Shown: positions 29,234 to 39,294 of the stretch, one piece after another
Numbering within the stretch: position 1 is the stretch's first letter
Layout of the letters: every line of letters begins with the position of its first letter
Assembly: GCA_049607525.1 (NCBI GenBank)
Contig: JBMYWP010000006.1
Span: forward strand, 9,862-73,861
Length of the DNA: 64,000 nt
From: Flavobacteriales bacterium
GTDB taxonomy: Bacteria > Bacteroidota > Bacteroidia > Flavobacteriales > CAJXXR01
Direction: 5' to 3'
Notes under the pieces: generated by a model
Seen by the model: only the letters and a program-made list of their open reading frames with translations
What the model was told of the DNA's origin: nothing
Database searches by the model: none
Translations under genes and position numbers: made by a program

Positions 29234-30670
29234 TTAGTAGTTTGTTTTACGTCTTACGTTTGCAACGTATTTAGCTAATCTCATAACCTGACGAGAGTAA
29301 CCATATTCATTATCATACCAAGCGTAAATCACAACCGATTTTCCATCTTTAGAAACAATAGTTGCGTTACTATCATAGATAGATGCAGCAGCGTTTCCAA
29401 CAATATCAGTCGAAACTAATTCTTTAGACATGTTAAACTCAATTTGCTCAACTAAAGCACCTTCTAAAGCAGCTTTACGCATAATTTCGCTAAACTCATC
29501 TAAGTTTGTTGCTTTCTCTAAATTAATATTTAAAATAGCTAAAGATCCATCTGGAGTAGGAACACGAACAGCATTTGCCGTTAATTTACCATCTAAAGAA
29601 GGAATTACTTTTACAACCGCTTTTCCAGCACCTGTAGATGTAATAACCATGTTTAAAGCAGCAGCTCTACCTCTACGGTTTTTCTTATGCATATTGTCAA
29701 CCAAGTTTTGGTCGTTTGTATAAGCATGAACCGTTTCAATATGTCCTTTTTCTACTCCAAAATTATCGTTTACAACCTTTAGCATTGGTGTAATTGCATT
29801 TGTAGTACAAGACGCAGCCGAGAAAATATCGTAATCTTCAACCTTATATTCTAAGTGGTTTGCACCAAATACAATGTTAGGAATTTCTTTTCCTGGTGCA
29901 GTTAAAATAACTTTAGAAACACCTTTTCCTTGTAAGTGACGGCTTAAAGCAGCTTTATCAGTAAATACACCTGTATTATCCAATACTAAAGCATCTTTAA
30001 TATCGTAAGCAGTATAATCTACATCTTCAGGATTACTAGCTTTTATTAACTGAACGTGGTGTCCGTTAATAACAAGTGCTTTATTTTCAAAATCTTCAAT
30101 TACAGTTCCAGGGAATTCTCCGTGTACCGAATCTGTTCTTAATAAAGCAGCTCTTTTAATAATTTGCTCATCCGAATCGTTTCTTACAACAATAGCACGT
30201 AATCTTAACTGATCACCTTTTCCAGCTTGCATAATTAATTCGCGAGCTAATAAACGACCAATACGTCCAAAACCGTAAAGAACAACATCTTTACCATGAA
30301 CATCATCATTAGAATCGGCTTCAAAACCATTTAAAGCAGAAGCAATTTCTTCCGATAATTTAGATTTATCTTCACAATTGTAAACCAGTTTACCTAAATC
30401 AATTTTAGATGCCCCATAATTACCATTGTATATTACTTGTGCAGCTTCTAAAGCTTCGTAAATACTAATTGGTTTTTTAACAAAATCACGAGCGTAGTCA
30501 AAAAGACTTAAAATTTCGCTCATTTTTGAGTCCCGCAGTTGTCGACGAAAAAGAACAAGTTCAATTTGCTTGTCTAACCATAAATCACTTACAATTTTAA
30601 TAAGTTCAACGGTTGCTTTCTCTTCCTTTACTCTAAGAGTTAATTCTTCCTCGTAGTTTAAGATACTCAT
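29234..30670 (-). CDS. gap: Glyceraldehyde-3-phosphate dehydrogenase, long form with N-terminal extension
   Basis: YGFGRIGR, ASCTTN, WYDNEYGYS motifs. Confidence 0.96.
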   Translation of the reverse strand: MSILNYEEELTLRVKEEKATVELIKIVSDLWLDKQIELVLFRRQLRDSKMSEILSLFDYARDFVKKPISIYEALEAAQVIYNGNYGASKIDLGKLVYNCEDKSKLSEEIASALNGFEADSNDDVHGKDVVLYGFGRIGRLLARELIMQAGKGDQLRLRAIVVRNDSDEQIIKRAALLRTDSVHGEFPGTVIEDFENKALVINGHHVQLIKASNPEDVDYTAYDIKDALVLDNTGVFTDKAALSRHLQGKGVSKVILTAPGKEIPNIVFGANHLEYKVEDYDIFSAASCTTNAITPMLKVVNDNFGVEKGHIETVHAYTNDQNLVDNMHKKNRRGRAAALNMVITSTGAGKAVVKVIPSLDGKLTANAVRVPTPDGSLAILNINLEKATNLDEFSEIMRKAALEGALVEQIEFNMSKELVSTDIVGNAAASIYDSNATIVSKDGKSVVIYAWYDNEYGYSRQVMRLAKYVANVRRKTNY

Positions 30671-30804
30671 ATCTATATTAATTTGGTGTTTTTTATAATA
30701 AACGGTTGGGCGAAAATACGAAGTTTCAGAAAGATTATCAAATATGTTCTCTTATTTATTTGCCAATACCTCTGTAGGTTATATTTCACTTTCTGTAAAT
30801 TGAA

Positions 30805-31818
30805 TTAATAATGAAAATAATGATATGATTTTAGAGTTTTAAAACCAAAACATCCACGCTCAACTTCCAGATACAAATAGTGCTTTCCGTAGTCATTTTT
30901 TTTCATTAGAAACCGTATCCCAGGGTATTCGTCATATGTCTTATTTTCTAACTCGGCAAAATATGCCTCCTGCATATCATATCTATTAGTAATGTGGTAA
31001 ACTTCTCCTTTTAATGGTTTTGTAAATGAAAAATTGATTAGAAAAAAAAGTTGAATCGTCAAGGGAAAATACACCCAAGCCATATTCCAAATGTTCATTG
31101 AAACCTTCTTCTTTTTATATTTCCTTATCAAAACAAAAGCAATTGGTAAAAGAACAATCCCGATTAAAAACGGTAGATATACAAATGTTCTCAATAAAAC
31201 ACTACAAAATAATATAACATTTATTACACCTGATAAATAGTATTTTAAATCGGAATTTCTATAAAGATATTGCCATGCAAGCTTTAGATTTTTCAATTGT
31301 ATTGTTGGCTTTTTAAGAAACAAGCTAGTATACCAAAGTCTAGAGGTTAGTGTTAGCAATAATATACCGATAATAAAACCTGCAATCCCAATTGTTAAAA
31401 ACAACGGTATTGTACAAATAACCAAAAGTGCAACAAAGTATCCAATATGATCTAAAACAATTCCGATTGCCAAGTCTTTCTTAAATTGAGGCGATTTTCT
31501 ATAGGCTTCTTCTTTTTTTCTATGAAATTCTCTTGCTTTTTCTTTTCTAGCCTCACGATCGGTTTGTTTTTGTTCTTCTTTAGATGATGATTTAGCTTTA
31601 GAAGACGGTCCAGACGCTCGATTAACTCGTGGTTGAGCGCGTTGTCCCGTTAAAATTTCATAAGCCACATTTATTTGATGAAATTTTTCTTTAGCCCTAG
31701 GGTCCGGATTCCGATCTGGATGGGTAAGCATGGCTTTTCGTCTGAACGCTTTTTTAATTTCAGATTTGGTAGCTCCTGGCTTAACTCCAAGAATATTATA
31801 ATATGGTTGTAGTGACAA
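30805..31818 (-). CDS. DnaJ-domain membrane protein
   Basis: YYNILGV...THPDRN J-domain followed by TM helices. TTG start at 31818 preferred because TATATTTG (31847-31840) overlaps the 31842 start. Confidence 0.85.
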   Translation of the reverse strand: MSLQPYYNILGVKPGATKSEIKKAFRRKAMLTHPDRNPDPRAKEKFHQINVAYEILTGQRAQPRVNRASGPSSKAKSSSKEEQKQTDREARKEKAREFHRKKEEAYRKSPQFKKDLAIGIVLDHIGYFVALLVICTIPLFLTIGIAGFIIGILLLTLTSRLWYTSLFLKKPTIQLKNLKLAWQYLYRNSDLKYYLSGVINVILFCSVLLRTFVYLPFLIGIVLLPIAFVLIRKYKKKKVSMNIWNMAWVYFPLTIQLFFLINFSFTKPLKGEVYHITNRYDMQEAYFAELENKTYDEYPGIRFLMKKNDYGKHYLYLEVERGCFGFKTLKSYHYFHY

Positions 31819-31886
31819 TAGATTCAGTTTTATAACAATCAAATATAAACAACTCTTATTAAACGAATAATTTTAATCTATATTTG

Positions 31887-32618
31887 ATGAAAAAAATGCG
31901 AATTGTCTTACTCGTTTTCCTGCTTTTGTTTTCGGTTCATTTTCTGAAAGGTCAAAATACATCCAAAAATCAAAATTCAAGAACGAATCCATATAAAGAG
32001 AAAACGAAACAAACCAATCAATTTTTAATGCTGAATACCGAATTTATGGCATTCAATTTTGATGAATTTAAAGATGTATTTCATCATAAAAACATAGACT
32101 TACTTTCTAAAAATAAACTCTTTTGGGGTATTGAATATGGTGTGAAATTTAAAAAAACGTATGCCGGACTGACCTTTAATATAGGTTCACAAAAAGGTGA
32201 AGTAAACGATTCTATAGATTCTAAATCTAATTTTTCAAGAATCGGACTTTCTTTTGGACACTATGCTTTAAACACAAAACACATTCAATGTATTCCTAGA
32301 ATTGGCTTCTTTTTAAATAATGTTGATATAAAAAATTTCCCTTCTAAAGACGATATACCACTTACAGACTACGTAAATTCACCAAATATTGATATTAATT
32401 TCAGACAATATTCTATGCAATTGGGGTTGGATATCAATTACAAAACCGAAAAGCTGAGTCTAAAACCTGGCCATCCATTTATTGTAGGAATTAAAATTGG
32501 CTACAATACCAATTTAGGGGATAGTAGAATGACCTCTAATTACAATACATTAACGTCGAAAAAAACTGCAGTAATAGATCCTTTAAGTTTAGGGTTTCAT
32601 TTTACAATGCTTATTTAA
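31887..32618 (+). CDS. Hypothetical exported protein, probable outer membrane beta-barrel
   Basis: Signal peptide ending LKGQ and amphipathic strands. Start may be 31896. Confidence 0.65.
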   Translation: MKKMRIVLLVFLLLFSVHFLKGQNTSKNQNSRTNPYKEKTKQTNQFLMLNTEFMAFNFDEFKDVFHHKNIDLLSKNKLFWGIEYGVKFKKTYAGLTFNIGSQKGEVNDSIDSKSNFSRIGLSFGHYALNTKHIQCIPRIGFFLNNVDIKNFPSKDDIPLTDYVNSPNIDINFRQYSMQLGLDINYKTEKLSLKPGHPFIVGIKIGYNTNLGDSRMTSNYNTLTSKKTAVIDPLSLGFHFTMLI

Positions 32619-32620
32619 AC

Positions 32621-32650
32621 AAAAAAAAGACCCACATGATGTGAGTCTTT
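32621..32650. terminator. Bidirectional terminator
   Basis: aaagacccac-atgat-gtgagtcttt between convergent genes. Confidence 0.7.
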
Positions 32651-32669
32651 CCTTTATTGAGTGTAAACC

Positions 32670-34223
32670 TTATTGTTTATTGCTAATTGCTTGTGCACAT
32701 CTTATTCCGTCTAAAGCAGCCGAAATAATTCCACCAGCATAACCTGCTCCTTCTCCACAAGGGTACAATCCCTTTACTTGAGGATGCTCTAACGTTTCCT
32801 TATTTCTAGGTATAGAAATGGGTGCCGAAGTTCTTGACTCTACACCAACAACGTTAGCTTCTTGGGTATAATATCCTTTCATCTTTCGTCCGAAAGCTTT
32901 AAATCCACTTTTCAACCTTTCTGAAACAAAACTGGGTAAAACCTCATCTAATTTGGTTGATGTTAAACCAGGAATATAAGATCCTTCATTTAGAGCATTC
33001 GAAAATTTATTCTCACAAAAATCGGTCATACGTTGCGCTGGTGCTTTTTGAGATTTACCTCCAGCAATCCATGCTTTTCGTTCTATATCTTTCTGAAATT
33101 GAAGTGCCGAAAACACACCAAAATCCTGATAACCTTTTAATTTTTGCGGATCTATACTCACTACAATTCCAGAATTTGCATACTTAGAACTACGTGTAGA
33201 TGTTGACATACCATTAACAACTACTTCTTCTTGAGCCGTTGCTGCGGGAACCATATGACCACCAGGACACATGCAGAATGAATAAACACCCAAACCTTTT
33301 ACCTGTTGAACCAAGGCATAAGAAGCAGCCGGTAAATACGGACTCCTTACATCACAATGGTATTGAATTTGATCGATTATTGGTTGTGGATGTTCAACAC
33401 GAACGCCCAAAGCAAACGGTTTTGCCTCCAACATCCATTTTTTATCATAAAACATCTGATACACATCTCTGGCAGAATGCCCAGTCGCTAAAATACAAGC
33501 TTTACCTTCTATTTTATTACCATTTTGGTCAACAATGGCCTTAAATTCATCACCTTCTGTAATGATGTCTTCCATTCGTGTATCAAACAACACTTCACCA
33601 CCGCATGCCATTATGGTATCGCGCATTTTGGCTATAATTTTGGGTAATTTATTTGTACCAATATGCGGATGAGCATCAGATAAAATATCAGTATGGGCTC
33701 CAAAGTGAACCAAGATTTCTAACGTTTCTTGTATATTACCACGCTTGTATGAACGTGTATATAATTTACCATCAGAATATGTACCAGCCCCACCTTCTCC
33801 AAAACAATAGTTTGAATCTGGATTTACAATATGGTCTCTGTTAATGGCTCCAAGGTCTTTACGCCTTTCAACAACGTCTTTTCCACGCTCTATTAAAATG
33901 GGTTTAAAACCGTATTCTATCAGTTTTAATCCTGCAAAAAGACCAGCAGGACCTGTTCCAATAACTAAAATGGGTTGAGCCTGACTTACATTCTGACCTT
34001 TAAATTCATATGAAAAAACATCAGGCTTTTCTCCTTGGAAAAAAACCTGATATTTTAAATGTATTTTAATGGATTTTTGTCGAGAATCAATTGATTTTCG
34101 AACTAAAACTATTTCAGAAATTTCGAGAATATCTACTCTTAATTTTTTACTGACTAGTTTTTTATGTATTTCGGTTTGTTGAGCTTGTTTTGGACTCAAA
34201 ACCAATGTGCAATCTTTTGCCAT
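32670..34223 (-). CDS. NAD(P)/FAD-dependent oxidoreductase (COG2509-like)
   Basis: VIGTGPAG, GEGGAGTYSDGKL, FCMCPGG and GEGAGYAGGI motifs. Confidence 0.9.
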   Translation of the reverse strand: MAKDCTLVLSPKQAQQTEIHKKLVSKKLRVDILEISEIVLVRKSIDSRQKSIKIHLKYQVFFQGEKPDVFSYEFKGQNVSQAQPILVIGTGPAGLFAGLKLIEYGFKPILIERGKDVVERRKDLGAINRDHIVNPDSNYCFGEGGAGTYSDGKLYTRSYKRGNIQETLEILVHFGAHTDILSDAHPHIGTNKLPKIIAKMRDTIMACGGEVLFDTRMEDIITEGDEFKAIVDQNGNKIEGKACILATGHSARDVYQMFYDKKWMLEAKPFALGVRVEHPQPIIDQIQYHCDVRSPYLPAASYALVQQVKGLGVYSFCMCPGGHMVPAATAQEEVVVNGMSTSTRSSKYANSGIVVSIDPQKLKGYQDFGVFSALQFQKDIERKAWIAGGKSQKAPAQRMTDFCENKFSNALNEGSYIPGLTSTKLDEVLPSFVSERLKSGFKAFGRKMKGYYTQEANVVGVESRTSAPISIPRNKETLEHPQVKGLYPCGEGAGYAGGIISAALDGIRCAQAISNKQ

Positions 34224-34939
34224 TATTCAAACGTTAAGCAAAATTGTAATCCTCGGTTGTATACAGATTCTATCGTTTCGTAATACACACCACCATCTGT
34301 AACTCTTAAGTCTGTTAAACCGTAGTTGTATCTCATTTCAAAACCAAACTTAAAATACTCTAAATAGAAGTCCATACCTAAACCAGCGTGTAATCCAAAG
34401 TCAGTAGAGTTTAATCTTAAAACAGTTGGATCATCTATGTTTTTCGCACTGGACATATCTAAAGATAATTGAGTTCCTCCAAAAACATAAGGTCTAAAAT
34501 TACCTCTACGTTGAGCTCTAAATTTTAAAGAAATTGGAAGATTAAATAAAGCAATTTCATCGCTTTTATTTAACACTTGCGTGGAAGAACCTAAGGTTAC
34601 TGGATTCGTATATGTAAAATCTATTGCCCTTTTAGAAAGTGTAAGTGAAGGAACAAATCGAAGATTAAAATCTTTATTTAGTCTATAATCTGCTAATACT
34701 CCAACGTTAAATCCTGAAAAATTTAATACTTCGGTACGTTTCACGTTAGATTCGAGTAAGTTTTTAGAAAACGTTACATCCAATGTATTGCTGGTTAAAC
34801 CTAAGATAAAACCAAAATGAAGCTGTTTTTTATCGTGATTAGGAATATTCAATAAAAATCGATTGACTTGTGCATTCAATTTCATTGAACCAGAGCTCAA
34901 AATCAAGAAAGTAAAAATTAATCCAAAATATTTTTTCAT
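34223..34939 (-). CDS. porT: Type IX secretion system outer membrane protein PorT/SprT
   Basis: HDKKQLHFGFILG, GFNVG, LRFVPSL, GMDFYLEYFKF and C-terminal LTFE; directly downstream of menG/ubiE as usual in Bacteroidota. Confidence 0.85.
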   Translation of the reverse strand: MKKYFGLIFTFLILSSGSMKLNAQVNRFLLNIPNHDKKQLHFGFILGLTSNTLDVTFSKNLLESNVKRTEVLNFSGFNVGVLADYRLNKDFNLRFVPSLTLSKRAIDFTYTNPVTLGSSTQVLNKSDEIALFNLPISLKFRAQRRGNFRPYVFGGTQLSLDMSSAKNIDDPTVLRLNSTDFGLHAGLGMDFYLEYFKFGFEMRYNYGLTDLRVTDGGVYYETIESVYNRGLQFCLTFE

Positions 34940-34968
34940 AATATGATAACGTTATTTCTTAACAACTA

Positions 34969-35694
34969 TTATTTTTTTCCACTATAAATACTAGCAATTC
35001 CCATTGTAACAGGTCTACAAGCATTTTGTTTAAAAGAACAAGTTTCCATAATTTTCAAAAACTCATCTCCGTAAGGAAAAGCAGCTACAGATTCTGGTAA
35101 ATAAGTATAAGCCGCCTTATCATTTGAAACGACACGACCAATAGTTGGAAGTATATTCTTTGAATAGAAATTATAAATCTGTTTAAAAGGAACAGATGTA
35201 GGTTGAGAAAATTCTAATACAAATACTCGACCATTTGGTTTTAAAACACGATTCATTTCTTTTAATCCTTTTTCTAGATTAGCGAAATTTCGCACACCAA
35301 ATGCAACTGTAATTACATCGAAATGGTTATCTGGAAACGGCATATTTTCGGCATCTCCCAACATAAATTCAATGTCGTTTTCTAAACCTTTTTCCTTTAT
35401 TTTCTCTCTACCAACTTTTAGCATTCCTTCAGAAATATCTAAACCTTTTATTTTCACGCCTTCTTTATGGAGTGTTAATGCTAGATCTCCTGTTCCTGTT
35501 GCTATATCTAAAATGGTTTCAACCTTTTCGGAATGAACCATTTTATCTACACGATTTCTCCATTTTATATCTATTCCCATAGATAAAACGTGGTTTAAAA
35601 AATCGTATCTCGGAGCAATGTTGTTGAACATTGTTGCCACTTGGTCTTTTTTACCGTCCGTGGATTCTTTGTATGGTGTTACTGCCTTTTTCAA
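34969..35694 (-). CDS. menG: Demethylmenaquinone methyltransferase
   Basis: MFNNIAPRYDFLNH, ILDIATGTGD, AFGVRNF and YTYLPES motifs (UbiE/MenG). Confidence 0.95.
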   Translation of the reverse strand: MKKAVTPYKESTDGKKDQVATMFNNIAPRYDFLNHVLSMGIDIKWRNRVDKMVHSEKVETILDIATGTGDLALTLHKEGVKIKGLDISEGMLKVGREKIKEKGLENDIEFMLGDAENMPFPDNHFDVITVAFGVRNFANLEKGLKEMNRVLKPNGRVFVLEFSQPTSVPFKQIYNFYSKNILPTIGRVVSNDKAAYTYLPESVAAFPYGDEFLKIMETCSFKQNACRPVTMGIASIYSGKK

Positions 35695-35823
35695 AACGTC
35701 TTATTTCTTTGTTTTGCAAATATAGGTAATGTATCCCTATAAATGGTTAATCCTTTCATCTAATTCAATCGGTTATTACCGCTCAAAATTTCTAAATTGC
35801 TTTTCATATTCATGACAAAAAGC

Positions 35824-38070
35824 TTAATCTAAAGCTTTAGAATTCATACTATTTACAAAAAGTATATTTCCTAAATCTGGGTAACCTTGAAAATAAGTTT
35901 CTTCATCTTTTATATGCTTTTCATCGAAACCTAGAATTGTTAAATCTGAATGAAAAGAATATTTGTTAATTAATTCTTGATCAGAAATTTCGACTTCCCG
36001 TGGTATCAATTGAATATTTTTTCTAGAAACTGGTAATCGACCGGTTTGAATATTATCTAATAAGGTTTCCTTTTCTTGTTCGGCTTTTCCTATATCGCAC
36101 AATGCAAATATTTTGATGATTGCATTTTTCCAATCTTTATGTCCTAACAAAATATACCCCATTAATACTTCTAGCGTGGAATCTTGAATGTCTGAAGAAT
36201 TAATCCAAATGTGAATTTCTTTTCTGTAACCGTAGCTTTTAAAAGACGACCCTAGAATACAAACATCAAAATTTGTGGCCTTTAACAAATCGTAGTTATT
36301 GATTATATCTTGAAGTTTTTCAGGCTCATTTCTTGGGTATTCGAACACAATTAAATTATGACCTTTTCCTGAAATACTCGCCATTTGAATAACCTGAGCT
36401 ACCGCAGATGTATAGGAAGGTGAAATGATGGTGTCTAAATATGTTTTGTTTTTACTGCCTTCGGCAATTTTTATTAAACTGTTCAATGTTTCTTTAGATT
36501 CTAATACGGTATCGGAATTCAAAAACCCTTTGATGTGATGAATATAAGTACCAAAACCATATTTCTGAGAAATCCATCTCATTAAATCAAATGTATCTCT
36601 TCTCTTAAAACTGGCATCGGAAACACAAACCGCAAACGGACGCCAATAGTCGTTTGGATTGTTGTAGTCTTTTTTCTGAACAAACACTTGCAGTTGTCTG
36701 TTTAATTGAAAAATAACACCTCGAAATAATTTTATTAATCCACCTTTATTGGTATTGTGTTTACTTATGTATAAATAAATAAGTGCCATTAAAATTAATG
36801 AACCCAAAGCGTAATTAAAGTTCATCATAAACATCAACCAAAAAGAAAGCACTGCTCCCATTAAAGAAATATACCATCTCGATTGAAATGTTGGTCTGTA
36901 AGATGGATCTCCTGAGAAATGTTCTAAAAATGAAATGGTACAAATGGCTCCATAAGTCACCATAAAGAACATGGAAATGATCTCGGCAACAAAATCAATA
37001 TTACCAACAGAAATGAAAATAAAAGCGATGATACAACTTATAAGTGTCGCTTTTAATGGTTCGTTATTCTTTTTGGATTCACTCGCAAAAAGCTTATTTA
37101 TTTTTTGAGACGGAAATATTTGATCGACACCCAAAGCTTGTAATGTTCTTGGTGCAACCATTATTGATCCGAGAGCCGATGAGATTGCCGCGGCTGCTAA
37201 TCCAATGGCAATAATTGGAACAAAATCTCCCCAAAGGGCAATTCTAGACATGATCAATTGATCGGCTCCTAAATCTTCTAAATTTGCCGAAATGGTTAAT
37301 TTATAGGCTACAAGTACATAAATAATAATCCCAACTCCGGTTGCCCATAACGTTCCTTGTGGAATTGCTTTTCTCGGGTTTTTTAAATCTCCAGATAAAC
37401 CAAGACCTGCTGCTATACCAGTAAATGCTGGGAAAATAATAGTAAAAACCTTAAAAAAGGAATCGGGTTCTTTTACTGTATTAAAAAAACTTAGTTCGCT
37501 TGGCTGAAATTCTTCTATTGGTTCTCCCAAAAAGAAAAGTATAAGTGATGAAAACAAAAGAAAAACGACATAATACAAAGCTTTCACTCCAATATCCGCT
37601 CCTTTGGTAAACATAAGCAAGGTAAGTAAAGACATAATCCCAAGACCAACATAGGTTTTGTTTAATAGAATGTGTTCATATTCTAAAAAGTGTTCAGGAT
37701 GAGCTTCTAACAGATATTGCGAGAATGTCATAAACGCCTCCGAAAATGCAATAATATAAAAGGCTACAGAAATGGCTTGAGATAAGTATAAAGCTATTCC
37801 AATGGCTGCTCCAATATTTAATCCGAAAGAACGGGAAATGATATAATAAGCTCCTCCTCCTTCTACTTTCCGGTTGGTTGCTATTTCGGCAACGGCCATG
37901 GCTGTTGGAATGGTGATGAGGTTACCTAATATTATGATAAGAATGACTCCATAAAAACCAGTATGCGCAACAGCATACCCAAATCTTAAATATAAAATAG
38001 CACCAAGAATGGTTGAAATTGCGGTTAAAAAGACGGGGAAGGTCCCGAAACTTGCTTTGTTATTCGACAT
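35824..38070 (-). CDS. APC-superfamily permease of cation-chloride cotransporter (SLC12-like) type
   Basis: ILGAILYLR, GGGAYYIISRSFG, FPAFTGI.AG..LSGDLK, PSYRPTF, YWRP and a large cytoplasmic C-domain. Confidence 0.85.
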   Translation of the reverse strand: MSNNKASFGTFPVFLTAISTILGAILYLRFGYAVAHTGFYGVILIIILGNLITIPTAMAVAEIATNRKVEGGGAYYIISRSFGLNIGAAIGIALYLSQAISVAFYIIAFSEAFMTFSQYLLEAHPEHFLEYEHILLNKTYVGLGIMSLLTLLMFTKGADIGVKALYYVVFLLFSSLILFFLGEPIEEFQPSELSFFNTVKEPDSFFKVFTIIFPAFTGIAAGLGLSGDLKNPRKAIPQGTLWATGVGIIIYVLVAYKLTISANLEDLGADQLIMSRIALWGDFVPIIAIGLAAAAISSALGSIMVAPRTLQALGVDQIFPSQKINKLFASESKKNNEPLKATLISCIIAFIFISVGNIDFVAEIISMFFMVTYGAICTISFLEHFSGDPSYRPTFQSRWYISLMGAVLSFWLMFMMNFNYALGSLILMALIYLYISKHNTNKGGLIKLFRGVIFQLNRQLQVFVQKKDYNNPNDYWRPFAVCVSDASFKRRDTFDLMRWISQKYGFGTYIHHIKGFLNSDTVLESKETLNSLIKIAEGSKNKTYLDTIISPSYTSAVAQVIQMASISGKGHNLIVFEYPRNEPEKLQDIINNYDLLKATNFDVCILGSSFKSYGYRKEIHIWINSSDIQDSTLEVLMGYILLGHKDWKNAIIKIFALCDIGKAEQEKETLLDNIQTGRLPVSRKNIQLIPREVEISDQELINKYSFHSDLTILGFDEKHIKDEETYFQGYPDLGNILFVNSMNSKALD

Positions 38071-38172
38071 AAAAAATAAGTGAGGGATGAATGTACAATT
38101 TTTTTTTTGACCAGAAGGTATTTGAAAATTCGGAATAATTACACTTCCATTATTTTTACAAAAAAAATGAAA

Positions 38173-39237
38173 TTAATGAATCCATTCCTCATGGAGTACA
38201 TTATCTGCATGAAACAATTCTTCTCTTGCTAATCGTTTTATTTTATTTGAAACCTCGGTACGTGGAATCCTCTTCACCAAAATCCATTTTTTTGGTATGG
38301 CATAAGTAACTAAATTAAAATCTTGTCTTCTAATTGTAAAAGCGTCATGAATTTTGAATGAAGATTCTTCAATGACTAGCACAATTCGTTCACCAAATTT
38401 TGAATCTTGTTGAGAAGAAATAAAAAATGGAATATTCAGTTTTAATAAAAACCCACACCCTTCTTCTAAAATTTCAGGATTATATTTTATTCCACCAGAA
38501 TTTATGATAAAGTCAAACCTTCCCTTCCAAATAAACCGCTGATCAGGTAATAATTCAATAACATCATTGGTTTGTAGAAATGGTTGTCCCAATTGTGGAG
38601 CCTTTAGCCAGAGGCAATTGTTTTCGTTTACACCGATTTGAATATTCGAAAATACTTGAAATTCCGATTCTTTTATTGAAATATTTCGAATTGCAAAATG
38701 ACTCAAGGTTTCGGTCATGGCGAAACTTTGATAAAACCGAGATGGCAAATCAAATAGTCTTTCTTCTAAATGTTTAGATACAGGACCACCACCTAATAAT
38801 ATTCGTTCAATTTTATGTAGTTGATGAATGTATTTTTCGGCTTGTAACGGAACCAACGGACAAAAATTAAAATGCATGTCTTGGTTTAGTATGGATAAAT
38901 CATTTGGAGGACATAACCATAACTTCAGCCCACCTTCAATGGCTCTAACCAACATCATTTTTCCACCAATAAACTCTGCAGACAATGCCAATAAAACTTT
39001 ATCTTCTGGTTTCAGATTAAAAAATGATAATGTATTTCTAGCACTAAAACGCATCCATTCCTTTTTTACAGTATATACTTTGGGTACACCAGTTGTACCC
39101 GATGTTGAGATGGTTATGGAATCGTTTTCGTCTTGCCATTGTTCAATAAATTCAACAATATGCTTCATCCAAGCTAAAGAAACATCTAATTTGTCTAATT
39201 GATTTTCTAAGTCTAATGTAAAATTCAGGACATTCAT
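38173..39237 (-). CDS. menE: O-succinylbenzoate-CoA ligase (short Bacteroidota form)
   Basis: TSGTTGVPK, FAMTETLSH, TNDV and GRFDFIINSGGIK motifs. Start set at 39237 because 39244-39274 is the upstream terminator. Confidence 0.82.
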   Translation of the reverse strand: MNVLNFTLDLENQLDKLDVSLAWMKHIVEFIEQWQDENDSITISTSGTTGVPKVYTVKKEWMRFSARNTLSFFNLKPEDKVLLALSAEFIGGKMMLVRAIEGGLKLWLCPPNDLSILNQDMHFNFCPLVPLQAEKYIHQLHKIERILLGGGPVSKHLEERLFDLPSRFYQSFAMTETLSHFAIRNISIKESEFQVFSNIQIGVNENNCLWLKAPQLGQPFLQTNDVIELLPDQRFIWKGRFDFIINSGGIKYNPEILEEGCGFLLKLNIPFFISSQQDSKFGERIVLVIEESSFKIHDAFTIRRQDFNLVTYAIPKKWILVKRIPRTEVSNKIKRLAREELFHADNVLHEEWIH

Positions 39238-39243
39238 AAAACA

Positions 39244-39274
39244 AAAAAAAGGAGAATTTTTCAATTCTCCTTTT
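39244..39274 (-). terminator. Terminator after the TonB-dependent receptor gene
   Basis: aaaaaggagaatt/aattctccttttt stem. Confidence 0.8.
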
Positions 39275-39294
39275 TAATTTCTAAATAAACTCAA

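Noticed and set aside
29234-30670. N-terminal extension on GAPDH as a novelty
   Set aside because: The long ~480-aa form is common in Flavobacteriia and other bacteria.
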